Numbered from the stretch's first letter, positions 17,687-28,093 are shown. The stretch is 64,000 nucleotides of DNA from a virus (IMGVR_UViG_3300014205_000205:1-64000), one strand, 5' to 3'. Made by a program: numbers and translations. The notes: generated by a model not told the origin, from the sequence alone.

Positions 17687-18121
17687 CTAAGTGGAGTACG
17701 TCACGACAACTACAGCAGTAGTCGTAGAGCTAAGCACCATGCGATAGTTGGCAATCTCACCGGAGGACTCCAGGAGGATAAAGTCAGAGTCGTTTGCCCG
17801 GTGATTCCCGGTTGCCGCCGTGGACGCCGCGACCCCATCGACGCGGTAGTTGATCCCCGCCGACTGCACCTCCAGGGCGGCATAGATGGCCGCGCCATAC
17901 GTTGCGGAGGTCAGGCTTTGACCGGACGTCGTCACTGTGATAGCCTCAAATGCCATGGGCGTCAGGCCGCGAGGGACCACCTCAATGGCCCACTCAGACG
18001 AACCGACCTGGCGAGCCGCAATTGGCTTGTACAGGTCGGTGGATGGTACGTATGCTTGCGGTAACAGTTGGGCGGCGTCATTCGTCGCCAGGGATGCACT
18101 GGTAGAGCCCATTTTGTCCAC
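17687..18121 (-). CDS. Putative minor virion protein, S/T-rich
   Basis: 144 aa in tail module. Confidence 0.6.
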   Translation of the reverse strand: MDKMGSTSASLATNDAAQLLPQAYVPSTDLYKPIAARQVGSSEWAIEVVPRGLTPMAFEAITVTTSGQSLTSATYGAAIYAALEVQSAGINYRVDGVAASTAATGNHRANDSDFILLESSGEIANYRMVLSSTTTAVVVVTYST

Positions 18122-18162
18122 GCCCCCCCGAACTGAAGTCTAAGAATCCCGAAGGCTCTCCT

Positions 18163-18978
18163 TCAAACATCGGTCAAGACGATCATACCGTCGCCTGTTT
18201 GTACACCGTTGAACATTATGGTATCCGTACCTGCCGAATAACCAGAACCGCCTGCTCCACTTCCTAAATTACTATTGGTTTCGGTATCGCCCGTGCCTCC
18301 GCCACCACCATAATAGCCGCCGCCGCCGCCGCCGCCATTGTAGCCGTACCCCGGATTACAATTACCGCCATTCCCTAAACTACCGTCATAGTGAATGCCG
18401 ATGCCGCCTGCTGATTGGGTACCTCCTGTAGCCGGGGTAACGGCAAAAGTAGTATCACCACCGCCGCCTGTCAAACCACCGCCGGCTCCGCCATCGCGAT
18501 GGCCACTACCGTTGTCTTCTGTGCCGCCTCCACCGCCACCGGCGACAGCTACCCGATTAGCTAAAGCGGTACCGCCTTGCCGCACATCGGAAGCCCCGCC
18601 ACCACGGCTAGAGCCGTTACCACCATTCCAGCCGCCAGATAGACCAGAACCACCAACATAGAGATTCAAGGTCTCGTCATGCGTGACTGTAATCTTAGTC
18701 TTGACATAGCCACCCCTGCCGCCGATGCCAATTCCCGATTGGCCCTGGGCACCATAGCACTCTATCCACATTCTTTTCCTGCCTTTAGGGACAACGAATG
18801 TCTGAAGTGCTCCGGTGTAATTAAAGGTCCAAGACAATGCCTGATATCCGGCGGCGGCCGGTATGGTGACAAGAGACGCGTCCGACAATGCCTTATTCGG
18901 AATTTCGACGAACCCCACTGTATCTGGAATCGTAACGCTAAAAGGCCCTGTAACCAATGGATTTGCTGTGCCGCGCAT
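18163..18978 (-). CDS. Glycine-rich domain protein (Gly_rich / ALK-LTK-like), putative tail appendage
   Basis: GAQGQSG..GGRGGYV..LNLYVGG..GGGASDVRQGG..RVAVAGGGGG; ATG 18978 after GGAG. Confidence 0.75.
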   Translation of the reverse strand: MRGTANPLVTGPFSVTIPDTVGFVEIPNKALSDASLVTIPAAAGYQALSWTFNYTGALQTFVVPKGRKRMWIECYGAQGQSGIGIGGRGGYVKTKITVTHDETLNLYVGGSGLSGGWNGGNGSSRGGGASDVRQGGTALANRVAVAGGGGGGTEDNGSGHRDGGAGGGLTGGGGDTTFAVTPATGGTQSAGGIGIHYDGSLGNGGNCNPGYGYNGGGGGGGYYGGGGGTGDTETNSNLGSGAGGSGYSAGTDTIMFNGVQTGDGMIVLTDV

Positions 18979-18980
18979 GG

Positions 18981-19334
18981 CTAAATTGTCTCCAGATAAC
19001 CGTAACCGATTACCTGGATAGACGTTGCTGTTACGGCATTGCCCACGATCGACTGTTGCGAGGTCGTGGAGGACATTACGATGGGGCCGAAGGCAATGGT
19101 TTGATTGGCTAAAATCGTTGTGTTTGTCAACCATCCGATGTCGGCACCGGAACTGGTGGCCCGATGTGAAACCGTAGCCTGAGCGTCCAAGGTGGTCATA
19201 TTGACTACATACACCGCCGTCACGATGGTCCTTACAGCGGTAGAAGGCCCAGCATAGATAGACGTTGCCGCACTCGTAGAGAGCGCAGTCGTATAGAACA
19301 GGAGCCCCGGCGTTGCCGCCGTGGACATGGCCAT
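18981..19334 (-). CDS. Small S/T-rich virion protein
   Basis: 117 aa, about 30% Ser+Thr by hand count. Confidence 0.7.
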   Translation of the reverse strand: MAMSTAATPGLLFYTTALSTSAATSIYAGPSTAVRTIVTAVYVVNMTTLDAQATVSHRATSSGADIGWLTNTTILANQTIAFGPIVMSSTTSQQSIVGNAVTATSIQVIGYGYLETI

Positions 19335-19346
19335 GGTTCACGCCCC

Positions 19347-19535
19347 CTATAACCCTAGAAGTTGCAGCAGGATCACTTCACCTTGGACATTCTTGACCGT
19401 CGCCGATGCGTCTACTTTGCCAGTGGAACCGCCTAAAACCAGTAAATTATCTCTGCCGTTGACATTCCAGAAAGAAGCTGTAATCACGGACCCGGTGACC
19501 GCGGTGGCGGGGCTTGTCCAGCTAATATCACTCAC
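19347..19535 (-). CDS. Small tail protein
   Basis: WTSPATAVTGSVITASFWN..RDNL pattern seen at tail-fibre N-termini. Confidence 0.6.
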   Translation of the reverse strand: MSDISWTSPATAVTGSVITASFWNVNGRDNLLVLGGSTGKVDASATVKNVQGEVILLQLLGL

Positions 19536-19975
19536 ACCCCTTCATGCGAAAGGGCCCGCCATCGTTTTGGCAGGCCCCGCTTGGCATTTTCGGCTTCCAG
19601 TGCTTTCAACGTCTCGCCAACTTCCCAGTTGCGGTTAGCTGGCACCGGTCTGGCCATGAGCACCGCATCGATCTCTGCCTTGTTACCAGGCAGAACCACC
19701 CCGCGCCACATATGACCTACAACCCCGTTCCAACAGTTCACGCAAAGAAAAAGGAGTTTGTCCGGCCAGACAAACTCCGCTCCGCCGCAGTCCGGGCAGT
19801 CCACAATCCACCGGTTGTGATTCACTCGCGCCATCAAGGGCGGTCCTGAATCAATCAGTCCCAGTGACGGAACCTTAACCCCGGCCTTTCGAGCCATGAC
19901 GGCTAGTTGCCCTTTGACCCAGTCATCCAGCGTGCCGCCAATCTGCATCGACGCGTCAATAATCGGTAACGCCAC
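19532..19975 (-). CDS. Zn-binding hypothetical protein
   Basis: CPDCGG...CVNCWN; GTG start trimmed. Confidence 0.65.
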   Translation of the reverse strand: MALPIIDASMQIGGTLDDWVKGQLAVMARKAGVKVPSLGLIDSGPPLMARVNHNRWIVDCPDCGGAEFVWPDKLLFLCVNCWNGVVGHMWRGVVLPGNKAEIDAVLMARPVPANRNWEVGETLKALEAENAKRGLPKRWRALSHEGV

Positions 19976-19976
19976 G

Positions 19977-21476
19977 TTAATACCCCCATAAACTGGTGTC
20001 CCAGACTGCCGTATCCCAAACCGCGTACTGCACCGGCAGGGCCTTCTCGCAGCCGAACCGAACGGAATGCGATAAGCCTGCCTCATCAACATGGTGCTCA
20101 ATGCGCTCGATCCAATAGTCATGGTTGACGCCGGTCTGCGCCTCGACAATGGTAATCCGGTCACTGATTTCGCGGGTGAGGATCTGCGCCATGCGATCGG
20201 AAGTGCCGTTATTCACCGTGATCGTCACAGTCGGACGCGGGTCCTGGTACCGGCCGACGAGAGCATTGACTAAATCTCGCGCCGTCTCCAAGGGAATCTC
20301 CTGACGCGTCGACAGGGTATAAACCTGCCGCCCGTAGTTAGCGATGGAGGAAGTTGCATCAACGGTGTTTGCGGCAATCGTGGTGGTGTCAACGGTGACG
20401 AGTTGGGCCCGCAACTGCAAACCAGTCAAGACGGCGCCAGACGGTCCAGCGGTCAATGTAATGGTGCATGACTGGCCGCTGGCGCGGTCCATCGTCAAAG
20501 AGGCAACCGAACCAGATGTGACAGCGTAGTCCGTTGGCGATGTCGGCGTAACAGCAGCCATAAACGGCTCCGATGAGCTAGCGACAAACTTCTGCGTCTC
20601 ATTTGCTGCCAGGGTAATCGCCTGTCCTAGTTGCCAAAAAGATGATTCCGGCGCCGCCGAACGCGTGACAATCGTCACTTCGGCCACGTTGATGATGTCT
20701 TTCAAGCCTGGATTGTAAGCGAATGATTCCGAGAAGAGCGGCTCGGCACCGGTATCACTGATGGTGGCTTGTGACACCGTCGAACGCGCTGTCGTCATGC
20801 GGTAGGTGCGACTTTCAAAAACAATCCGGCCCTGACCATCCTCATAGAGCGATGCGCCAGGACCCTCGGTGTTGAGCAGTGTTACCGCCGCCGAAAACGC
20901 ATCCTCATCCTGCAACCACCACCAATCCAGTGTCGTCTTGCCGGTGTCCAGTACCCGATCGGCCGCTGGCCAGCCTGCGGCGTCCAGTAGGTGCCCCAGA
21001 GCCACATCGGTGGTAATCGACGAATATAGCGCTGTGCTCACGCGCTTGTTGGCTAATCTGGACAGCGTGCCGAGTGATGGCAAGCTAACCGAACGCCGGG
21101 ACCGTTCCGGATGTTGGGGAATGTCGTCGAGGTAGCCGGTGAAGAGATAGTAGACGGTACCGCCGTAGGCCGCTTGAATCTGCACCTTCCGACCCGGTAT
21201 CAGATTTCCATACAATGGCGATGATGTGTTTTCTGGTGAAAAGTTACGCGCTTGGTTGTCTACGTCGCAAGAAGCGGAACCAGCCATCGGAGGAGCGAGG
21301 GAGCGAATTTGGTCCCGTCCCCTCACCGTGTTGATACCAGGGTCAGAACGCACGTAGTCGCCCACGTCTTCATAGACTTGCGCCGATGTGCCGGCCTGCC
21401 ACGGAACGAGGAAGGCCGTCTTGGTGAGTGTTCCTGTGCCGTCCCAGTCTACTAAGACGGAATATTTTGTGGACAC
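19977..21476 (-). CDS. Minor tail / baseplate hub-type protein
   Basis: 499 aa directly downstream of tape measure. Confidence 0.7.
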   Translation of the reverse strand: MSTKYSVLVDWDGTGTLTKTAFLVPWQAGTSAQVYEDVGDYVRSDPGINTVRGRDQIRSLAPPMAGSASCDVDNQARNFSPENTSSPLYGNLIPGRKVQIQAAYGGTVYYLFTGYLDDIPQHPERSRRSVSLPSLGTLSRLANKRVSTALYSSITTDVALGHLLDAAGWPAADRVLDTGKTTLDWWWLQDEDAFSAAVTLLNTEGPGASLYEDGQGRIVFESRTYRMTTARSTVSQATISDTGAEPLFSESFAYNPGLKDIINVAEVTIVTRSAAPESSFWQLGQAITLAANETQKFVASSSEPFMAAVTPTSPTDYAVTSGSVASLTMDRASGQSCTITLTAGPSGAVLTGLQLRAQLVTVDTTTIAANTVDATSSIANYGRQVYTLSTRQEIPLETARDLVNALVGRYQDPRPTVTITVNNGTSDRMAQILTREISDRITIVEAQTGVNHDYWIERIEHHVDEAGLSHSVRFGCEKALPVQYAVWDTAVWDTSLWGY

Positions 21477-24400
21477 TACCGCCGCCCCCTCCTGGTCGCA
21501 TCTTCGTTCGCCGCAACTACGATGTCATACACCTGGCGCTCGCCGATGTAGACGTTGAAAACGGGCTGTCCACCACCCGCTCCCGCCATGGCGAGCTGAC
21601 CGCCTTCGCTCATGCCACCACCGCCGCCGAAGGTGCCCATCACCGCCTGGTTGACTCTGGCGTTGAACCCGCCAAAGGCATCGTCCAGCCGGGCCAGAGG
21701 TGCCAGCGCCTGCTTGCCCATGGTAGATACGATGGTCTCAGCAAACGCCTGCATCCGATCTGCCAGCCAGGACAGCGGGGTCAATGCCTCGGTGCCAGCC
21801 TCCCCAAATACGCCCACGGTAGGTTTGAAGGCCACGCCGCCGGCTGCATTCTGGGGCAGCGCTGATACGATGTTCGCCCGGGCCTGCTCCAGAGACATGC
21901 CATAGGCGTCCGACAGGGCCTTCGCTGCCGCTTCGATATCGCCTGACTGCGCCATTTTGCTTGCGTTGTTCAGGACATTGGTCCGACTTATGGCTGCGGC
22001 TTGTTCTGCTACCGTTGTCCTATCCGCTGAAGTGGTTGCCGCGGTTCCAACCAGAGGCGCTAAGTTTGCTTTGGCTGTCCCTTTGTCGATTCCCCAAGCA
22101 TCGGCCAAAGTGGTAGCCGCTTGATCAAGATTCCCGGCTTGTGCCTGGGATTTCGCTGTCTCGAGCGCGTTTGTTTTCTGCGTTGGGGTTAGTGCTGGAA
22201 CTGTAGATGCAGGAGGCGCAGCGGGCGCAGGGGTTGGAGGCGTTGGCGCTTTGGCACTTCCGAGCGTTGCCAATCCTGCTGCAGCCGCGCCGGCCGCGTC
22301 CCTGAGTGCTACCAAAGCCGCTGTTGCTTCATTCTCTTTGGCGACAAGTATCACCAATTCACCATTGTACTTGGCGATCATCTCGTTGCCGAACGCGACG
22401 AGTTTGGCTTGTTCCTCTTCGAGTTGCCGCAAGGGCTTCAAGGCTTCATCGTTTTCGAGAATCGTCTTGGAGTAGGCGTCGATCTTGGCCTTAGCCTCGT
22501 CGAAGGATGTGTTGGCAAGGGTAATGGCTGGATTGATTTTGACCAAAACTTCAGCGAGTGTGTCGTACTCCGTCTGCAGCCGATCATGCTTGGCGGTTAG
22601 TTTATCTAGTGCCATGTTGTTGTCGACAATCTTCTGGCGGAATCCGCCAATCGAATTCGCCGCCTGGTCGAACGTCGTCAGCGTCTTTTCTACAGAGGGG
22701 ACGAGATCACCCACCGAAGCCTGCAGTTCCTTGGTGCGATCCTCCATGCGCTTCTGTTCGGCTGTGGCGTCGATGATCTTTCGCTGGTACTCCTCAATGG
22801 CCGTCTTAACCTCGTCGAACGTCAACTCTTTGGACGTGTCGATGATCTTCCCTTGTGCGTCGTTCAGATTCACAAAGTTGTCGGCTAGCGTGTTGAGTTG
22901 ATCCTTGAGAGGTTGAATGGTGGTTTCTTTTTGGAGCGCCAACTCTTCTTTCTGCAAACCAAGCTTTTCGATTTGCTTTTGCAGGACATTCACCCGCGTG
23001 TCCTTTTCACCCACGCCGGACTGCCGCAGCGTCTTGAGCGCCAATTCCGCTTGCTGCTGTTGGAGGCCCAGCGACTTCATCTGCTTGTCGAGAGCCGTCT
23101 CGCCGACTAGCTTCACGTTCGCCAGCGACTTCATCTCAGCGCCAAGGTCCCTGATCTTGGTTTTAACGGCATCCACTTCGCGGCCCATGACATCGAAGGC
23201 AGACGTGATATCGCCTTGGTTGTCCGCTGTGGATTTTTTGAGGACTTCCATTTCGTCTGTGACGGCTTGCAGTCCAGTTTTCCAAGCGTCAAGGGTATCG
23301 GAGATGCCGCCCCGCGCCGTCTTGGTGCTATCCTCTAACTCTTTGATTGCATCCTTGGTCTTGTTCAGCGCCTTGGTTGCCTCATCCAACCGTCCGGACA
23401 AGGTTTTCAGCCAGTCCTGCATGGTCTTGACGGCTTCAGACGCGGAGGAGAGATTTGTCTTGGCATCAGCGATGGGACCAGACACCTCGCGCAGTTGTGC
23501 CGACGTTTCTGCCACGGCTGTCGTGGCTGAGTTCAGCGAACCGGCCAGCCCAAGCGTCGTTTCGGAAAGCGCGCCGGTCAGTTGCTGCGCCTCATCGTAC
23601 TGGCTCTTGAGCAGTTGAACGACGTTCTGTTGCGCTTCCAACTTGGTTGTCAGGTACTGTTGCCTCTCCGCATCATACCCAGCGCCCTTGGTAGCCTCAC
23701 CGATCACCGCAGAGAAAGTGGCCCACGCCGCTTCGGTTTTCTTTAGTGCCCCTTCAACTTCAGCCATGGCGACGCGCTGGCGCTCGACCATTTCGGTTAG
23801 CGCCTTGTCGTGTGCGGCTTTTACCTCAGTATCGGTCAAAGGAATCACTGTCTTTGGAGGGACAACTTTAGGTGGGAGGATGGGTCCGTACACCTCATCG
23901 CCACCACGGACCAAAGCCAAGGCTCTCGCGAGTTTCCCTCTTGTTTCGTCGATCTGCTGGTTTATGTCACTCAATTCTCGGCCGAGTTCACTCAGAACAT
24001 GGGCTTCGATGGCAGAAGGAGCTTTTTGGAAGTCATTCAAAAGTTCTTGCTGTTGATCAATCCGCTTCTGAATCTCATCCCGCTTTTTCTGTAAGTCGTA
24101 GGATCCCTTCTGAAGCGCAGCAAGATCACTCAAGTTCTTTGCCTGTACGTTTTCGCGAGCGGCAACTGTGTTTTCCTTCAGCCTTTCGGTGTCTATCGCC
24201 ACAGCCTTTCCGTGTTCGTCCCACTGCGTAACCAAGGCCGGGAACATGTCGCCAATCTCTTGGATAGTCTTCTTCTCTTCGTCCGATACCGCCTGATGCT
24301 CGGCTTCTGTTTTGGTCACATCACGCAGGGCGTTCTGCAATTCGGCATAACGGCTTGAAAGCTCAATCAAGGATGTAGCTTTTTGGGCTGTTTCTTCCTG

Positions 24401-26077
24401 GGCTTTCTTCTGAGCGGTAGCATAAGCAGTAACGCCGAGCGTCAAAACACCGAGCGCGATCGCAATACCAACAGCGACAGGATTGATTGCCGCCAACACC
24501 GGGGTGAGAGTCGCAATCGCCGTTTTCACGCCCGCGATAACAGCACCTAGTCCGGCCAGGCCGATCATGAGTGGACCCACAATCGCCAGCAAGCCCCCCA
24601 AGACCATGATTGACTGTTTCACCGGCATCGGGAGATCCTGCAGGACTTGGACAAATGCTTTCAAATAACCAATCGCGCCGATGATCATGGGTTTGAAGGC
24701 ATCACCGATCTGCCTGGTGAACTCATCCCAGGTGTTTTGCAGCATCTTGATCGCGCTTTCGGTAGTCGCAAACCGCTGCGCCGCCTCTTTGTTCAAGGCG
24801 GTATTCGACTGCCATGCCTGAGTAGCCAATCCGAGGCTTTTGCTCAGGACATCACCGGCGCCTGCGGTGCGCAGCAGGGCGTCGCGAACCCTGATATCAT
24901 CCATCTCCAGTGTTTCCATGACGCCGAAGAGGTTTGTCCCTTCATCCTGCATGCGCTTGAGGCCGGTGATAAAGGCGACGGTGGCGCCCGCCGCGTCCTT
25001 TTGGAATGCCGTTGCAAATTCACCGGCCGACACGCCGGCTACCGCCGCAAACGCCTTTAGATCGTCGCCACCATTGGCTGCCGCTATGGCCAGCTTGGAA
25101 AACACGCGACTGATGGCCGTGCCGCCGGCTTCTGCGTTGATGCCGACCGAAGAAAGGGCCGCGCCAAATCCGAGCACCTGCGGCTCAGATAAACCGACTT
25201 GCTTACCGGCGCCTGCGATGCGCAAGGCAAACTCAGTGATTTCCGCTTCGGTGGTGGCCAAGTTGTTGCCTAATTCAACGATGGTGGACCCCAACTTGTC
25301 AGCATTGCCGATCGGCATCTGCATGATGTTGGCAAACCGCGCCAGAGACGTGGCGGCCTCTTCTGTGCCAAGGTTAGTCGAGACGCCCAGCTTGGAAACC
25401 ACGTCTGTGAACTTCTGCAGGTTGTCGACGCCGCGCACACCCAATTGCCCGGCCAACATACCGATGTTCGAAAGCTCCTCCGCCGCAACTGGTACAACCT
25501 GAGACATGCCGCGGAAGCGCCCTTCGAGGTCTTTGAATTCGCCTTCGGTCGCGTTAACTGTCTTGCGCACGCCAGCAAAGGCCGATTCGAAGCCGATCGA
25601 GGTTTGGGCCGCCGCTTTGGCCATTGCCACAAACGGCACCGTAAAAGCTCCGGATAGCGCCATGCCACCCATCAGCAGGTTCATCTGCGTTTGCATGTCG
25701 CCCAGTGTGCCAACCAGGCCCTCGGCCTGTTGTTTCGCTCCGTGCATGTGGCTGCCGGTTTTCTTGGCCGCCTCGCCGGCCTGGCCTACGCTCTTAGTGG
25801 TTTTTTCTGCACTCTCGCCGGTCTTCTTAAACGCCTCACCGGTTTCGGCTACAGTTTCAGAGGTTTTCTTGACAGATTCAGTTGCTTTGTCCAGTTTGCC
25901 GGGCAGAGCATCGAGTGGCACCAGCAGTCCACTCGCCGTTTTCCCGAACCCCTGCATGTCCTTTTCGATTTTCGCTGATGCGCTGGACACGGTTTTTTGC
26001 GCCGCTGCAAACTTGGCATCCATGTCGCCCAAATCCACGCCGAGATGGATCAGTAGTTCGCCTAGATTTAGAGCCAC
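21476..26077 (-). CDS. Tail tape measure protein (TP901-type core)
   Basis: 1533 aa; FESAFAGVRKTV, LGNNLATTEAEI, AEAGGTAISR; long coiled coils. Confidence 0.95.
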   Translation of the reverse strand: MALNLGELLIHLGVDLGDMDAKFAAAQKTVSSASAKIEKDMQGFGKTASGLLVPLDALPGKLDKATESVKKTSETVAETGEAFKKTGESAEKTTKSVGQAGEAAKKTGSHMHGAKQQAEGLVGTLGDMQTQMNLLMGGMALSGAFTVPFVAMAKAAAQTSIGFESAFAGVRKTVNATEGEFKDLEGRFRGMSQVVPVAAEELSNIGMLAGQLGVRGVDNLQKFTDVVSKLGVSTNLGTEEAATSLARFANIMQMPIGNADKLGSTIVELGNNLATTEAEITEFALRIAGAGKQVGLSEPQVLGFGAALSSVGINAEAGGTAISRVFSKLAIAAANGGDDLKAFAAVAGVSAGEFATAFQKDAAGATVAFITGLKRMQDEGTNLFGVMETLEMDDIRVRDALLRTAGAGDVLSKSLGLATQAWQSNTALNKEAAQRFATTESAIKMLQNTWDEFTRQIGDAFKPMIIGAIGYLKAFVQVLQDLPMPVKQSIMVLGGLLAIVGPLMIGLAGLGAVIAGVKTAIATLTPVLAAINPVAVGIAIALGVLTLGVTAYATAQKKAQEETAQKATSLIELSSRYAELQNALRDVTKTEAEHQAVSDEEKKTIQEIGDMFPALVTQWDEHGKAVAIDTERLKENTVAARENVQAKNLSDLAALQKGSYDLQKKRDEIQKRIDQQQELLNDFQKAPSAIEAHVLSELGRELSDINQQIDETRGKLARALALVRGGDEVYGPILPPKVVPPKTVIPLTDTEVKAAHDKALTEMVERQRVAMAEVEGALKKTEAAWATFSAVIGEATKGAGYDAERQQYLTTKLEAQQNVVQLLKSQYDEAQQLTGALSETTLGLAGSLNSATTAVAETSAQLREVSGPIADAKTNLSSASEAVKTMQDWLKTLSGRLDEATKALNKTKDAIKELEDSTKTARGGISDTLDAWKTGLQAVTDEMEVLKKSTADNQGDITSAFDVMGREVDAVKTKIRDLGAEMKSLANVKLVGETALDKQMKSLGLQQQQAELALKTLRQSGVGEKDTRVNVLQKQIEKLGLQKEELALQKETTIQPLKDQLNTLADNFVNLNDAQGKIIDTSKELTFDEVKTAIEEYQRKIIDATAEQKRMEDRTKELQASVGDLVPSVEKTLTTFDQAANSIGGFRQKIVDNNMALDKLTAKHDRLQTEYDTLAEVLVKINPAITLANTSFDEAKAKIDAYSKTILENDEALKPLRQLEEEQAKLVAFGNEMIAKYNGELVILVAKENEATAALVALRDAAGAAAAGLATLGSAKAPTPPTPAPAAPPASTVPALTPTQKTNALETAKSQAQAGNLDQAATTLADAWGIDKGTAKANLAPLVGTAATTSADRTTVAEQAAAISRTNVLNNASKMAQSGDIEAAAKALSDAYGMSLEQARANIVSALPQNAAGGVAFKPTVGVFGEAGTEALTPLSWLADRMQAFAETIVSTMGKQALAPLARLDDAFGGFNARVNQAVMGTFGGGGGMSEGGQLAMAGAGGGQPVFNVYIGERQVYDIVVAANEDATRRGRR

Positions 26078-26114
26078 CAGGAATCGCCACCCTCGGCGGA
26101 ATTTTGTTTAGTCG

Positions 26115-26366
26115 TCATTCGCCAAACGAATCAGGCGCTTGGCCGCGCTTTTTCTTCAAGCTCGCGAAAAAATCATCAGGTTGGGCCGGCTTGCGTTTCT
26201 TTGTACTGGGTGTCGAATTGGAAATCAAGGCAGCCAAAATGCCTGTCCGGTAATCCTCACGCTGCTCATGCGCCAAAAATCGCTTCAGTCGCCAGTCAAA
26301 TTGGAGCGGTGTGCTTCGCCAAAATTCACGTTCTGACATGCCCAGGTCGTGACAACCGATCGCCAA
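26115..26366 (-). CDS. Tail assembly chaperone, downstream (gpT-like) segment
   Basis: LGMSEREFWRSTP pattern; position before tape measure. Confidence 0.75.
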   Translation of the reverse strand: MAIGCHDLGMSEREFWRSTPLQFDWRLKRFLAHEQREDYRTGILAALISNSTPSTKKRKPAQPDDFFASLKKKRGQAPDSFGE

Positions 26367-26392
26367 TACGGCGTGCCACGAAAAAACCTGGG

Positions 26393-26713
26393 CTACTGAG
26401 GGCGGGCTCCCGCCTCCGGCTTCGGTACGTTGGCGGCGTACATCTCAGCCAGGGCCCCAGAGACCAGGCCGATATTGCCGAAATGAACCATGCCGCCTAC
26501 GTCGTCGATGGTCAGATCTTTATCTTCGTGGCGCAGACAAGCCCACAGTAGAACGACCATGTCGGTGCCGCTGAGGTTGGTCAGGACACCGGAGGCCATC
26601 AGGTTCTTGCCGGTCTCCTTCTCGAAATAGCGAACCGCGTTAAAGTCAAAACGGAGGTGCCGCTCCCGATCAAGGGAAATGGCGACCTCCGGTGCAGTCG
26701 GATTGTACCCCAT
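26393..26713 (-). CDS. Tail assembly chaperone (gpG-like)
   Basis: LRFDFNAVRYFEKETG; position after tube genes. Confidence 0.8.
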   Translation of the reverse strand: MGYNPTAPEVAISLDRERHLRFDFNAVRYFEKETGKNLMASGVLTNLSGTDMVVLLWACLRHEDKDLTIDDVGGMVHFGNIGLVSGALAEMYAANVPKPEAGARPQ

Positions 26714-26728
26714 TTGAAATGCCCCCTT

Positions 26729-26762
26729 AAAAATAGAAGGGGAACCCGTCACCGAGTTCCCC
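26729..26762 (-). terminator. Terminator after tail tube genes
   Basis: GGGGAACT/GGTTCCCC stem followed by TTCTATTTTT. Confidence 0.7.
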
Positions 26763-26770
26763 GCTTTGCG

Positions 26771-27412
26771 TTAGCCGCTTGTGCCTCGGGTCGTAAACGT
26801 AACCATACGCCCGTCGATATCCGCGGTCCCTTCGAACGACACCGAGCCGTCCACGATGCCATCCGCGGCGCCTGAGATGTCGTCACCAGAGAGGTAACCC
26901 CAACACCGCGCATCAAAGCTGGCAGTAGACGACGCGTGGAACGTAACCGCTACCGGCTGCGAGCTCGATGTCAGCAGTTGTGCGAACGTCGGTGTAGAAT
27001 GGAAGTCCTGGATCGAACCGCTCATGTCAACCAGCGCCTGGATACGGCTTCGGAAGGCGCTGCCAAACACGGTCGAATCCTGGTTGTCGGCGCTGATCGA
27101 GTACGAATATCCGTGCGCCGCCGCCACAGAGGCCGTAGGCAGGACTGTGCCAGTGAACGTGTATGCGTTGGCGGATGATGTCGGAAACACCACCGAGCCA
27201 TTCAACCGATACAGCGTGTAGGCCGTCGATGACACGGCGCCACCAGAGGATGTGGCCACAGAGAATGGAGCAAGGGGAGCGAACGGCTCTCCTTGATAAG
27301 AGGAGGACGCAACCTGATACACCTTTCCATTTGCGGACGTTGTCGCCACGGCGGTGAGGGCGATACCCGTGGCCGACAGCGTGACCAAAGCATTCTTGCC
27401 AGCGTAGGCCAT
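26771..27412 (-). CDS. Tail tube protein paralogue 2, with S/T-rich insertion
   Basis: MAYAGKNALV and DSTVFGSAFRSRIQAL match tube 1; about 27% Ser+Thr. Confidence 0.7.
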   Translation of the reverse strand: MAYAGKNALVTLSATGIALTAVATTSANGKVYQVASSSYQGEPFAPLAPFSVATSSGGAVSSTAYTLYRLNGSVVFPTSSANAYTFTGTVLPTASVAAAHGYSYSISADNQDSTVFGSAFRSRIQALVDMSGSIQDFHSTPTFAQLLTSSSQPVAVTFHASSTASFDARCWGYLSGDDISGAADGIVDGSVSFEGTADIDGRMVTFTTRGTSG

Positions 27413-27425
27413 CTAGTTCACCCCC

Positions 27426-27839
27426 TTAGCTGGTAGTCGCGACAGTGACCGCTCCGGAGCCCTCAAGGCCGATCGATAGGCCGACCACGCCATCAACCGA
27501 GGCGTCGACGTCATATGACCCCACCTTGACCTCTTGCTGGAACATGTTGTTGGTCGTGCCATCGATCATGAACTGGGTGTACAGGGCAGAGTCGTTGACC
27601 AGCGCATTGCGGATGGCTGATTGCCCGGACAGGTCCGTGCTCATGAGAAACCCGGACAGGCTGTAGGATGCGTCCTTTACCCCTTGCAGACGGGAACGCC
27701 ACCCGGCGCCAAATGCCGTGATGTCGAAATTCTCGCCCGCTATGTTCATCGTCGCGGAGTTCATCTGGCCCACAGTGGTATAGGTACCCCCCGAGGCCGT
27801 CGACACCTTGACCAGTAGGTTCTTGCCAGCTACTGCCAT
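27426..27839 (-). CDS. Tail tube (major tail) protein paralogue 1
   Basis: MAVAGKNLLV, DITAFGAGWRSRLQGVKDASYSLSG, GLEGSG. Confidence 0.85.
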   Translation of the reverse strand: MAVAGKNLLVKVSTASGGTYTTVGQMNSATMNIAGENFDITAFGAGWRSRLQGVKDASYSLSGFLMSTDLSGQSAIRNALVNDSALYTQFMIDGTTNNMFQQEVKVGSYDVDASVDGVVGLSIGLEGSGAVTVATTS

Positions 27840-27878
27840 TCAACTCACTCCTTTTTATTTAGATCTGAAAAGCCATTG

Positions 27879-28082
27879 CTAATCTGTTTGCGTGTGCCCG
27901 CACAAGCGGCACTGCCAAGACGGTGGGCCGCCCATGGTGGACAAGTTCAGTCGGGATTCTGGTGGGTGCTCGCAGATGGGCGTTTCCTCAACGTCGGGCG
28001 GCTGCTCCGCCAATGAAAAAAGGGCCGCCTCGACTAGCGCCCTCATCCCGACCAATATTTGGACCAAAGCTTTATCGTTCAA
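27879..28082 (-). CDS. Small Zn-finger protein
   Basis: CEHP...CRLCGH. Confidence 0.6.
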   Translation of the reverse strand: MNDKALVQILVGMRALVEAALFSLAEQPPDVEETPICEHPPESRLNLSTMGGPPSWQCRLCGHTQTD

Positions 28083-28093
28083 AGCATCACTCC

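Noticed and set aside
18163-19341. Single 392-aa ORF from the track
   Set aside because: The N-terminal 120 aa overlap the better 18981..19334 gene in another frame; real start is 18978 with an RBS.
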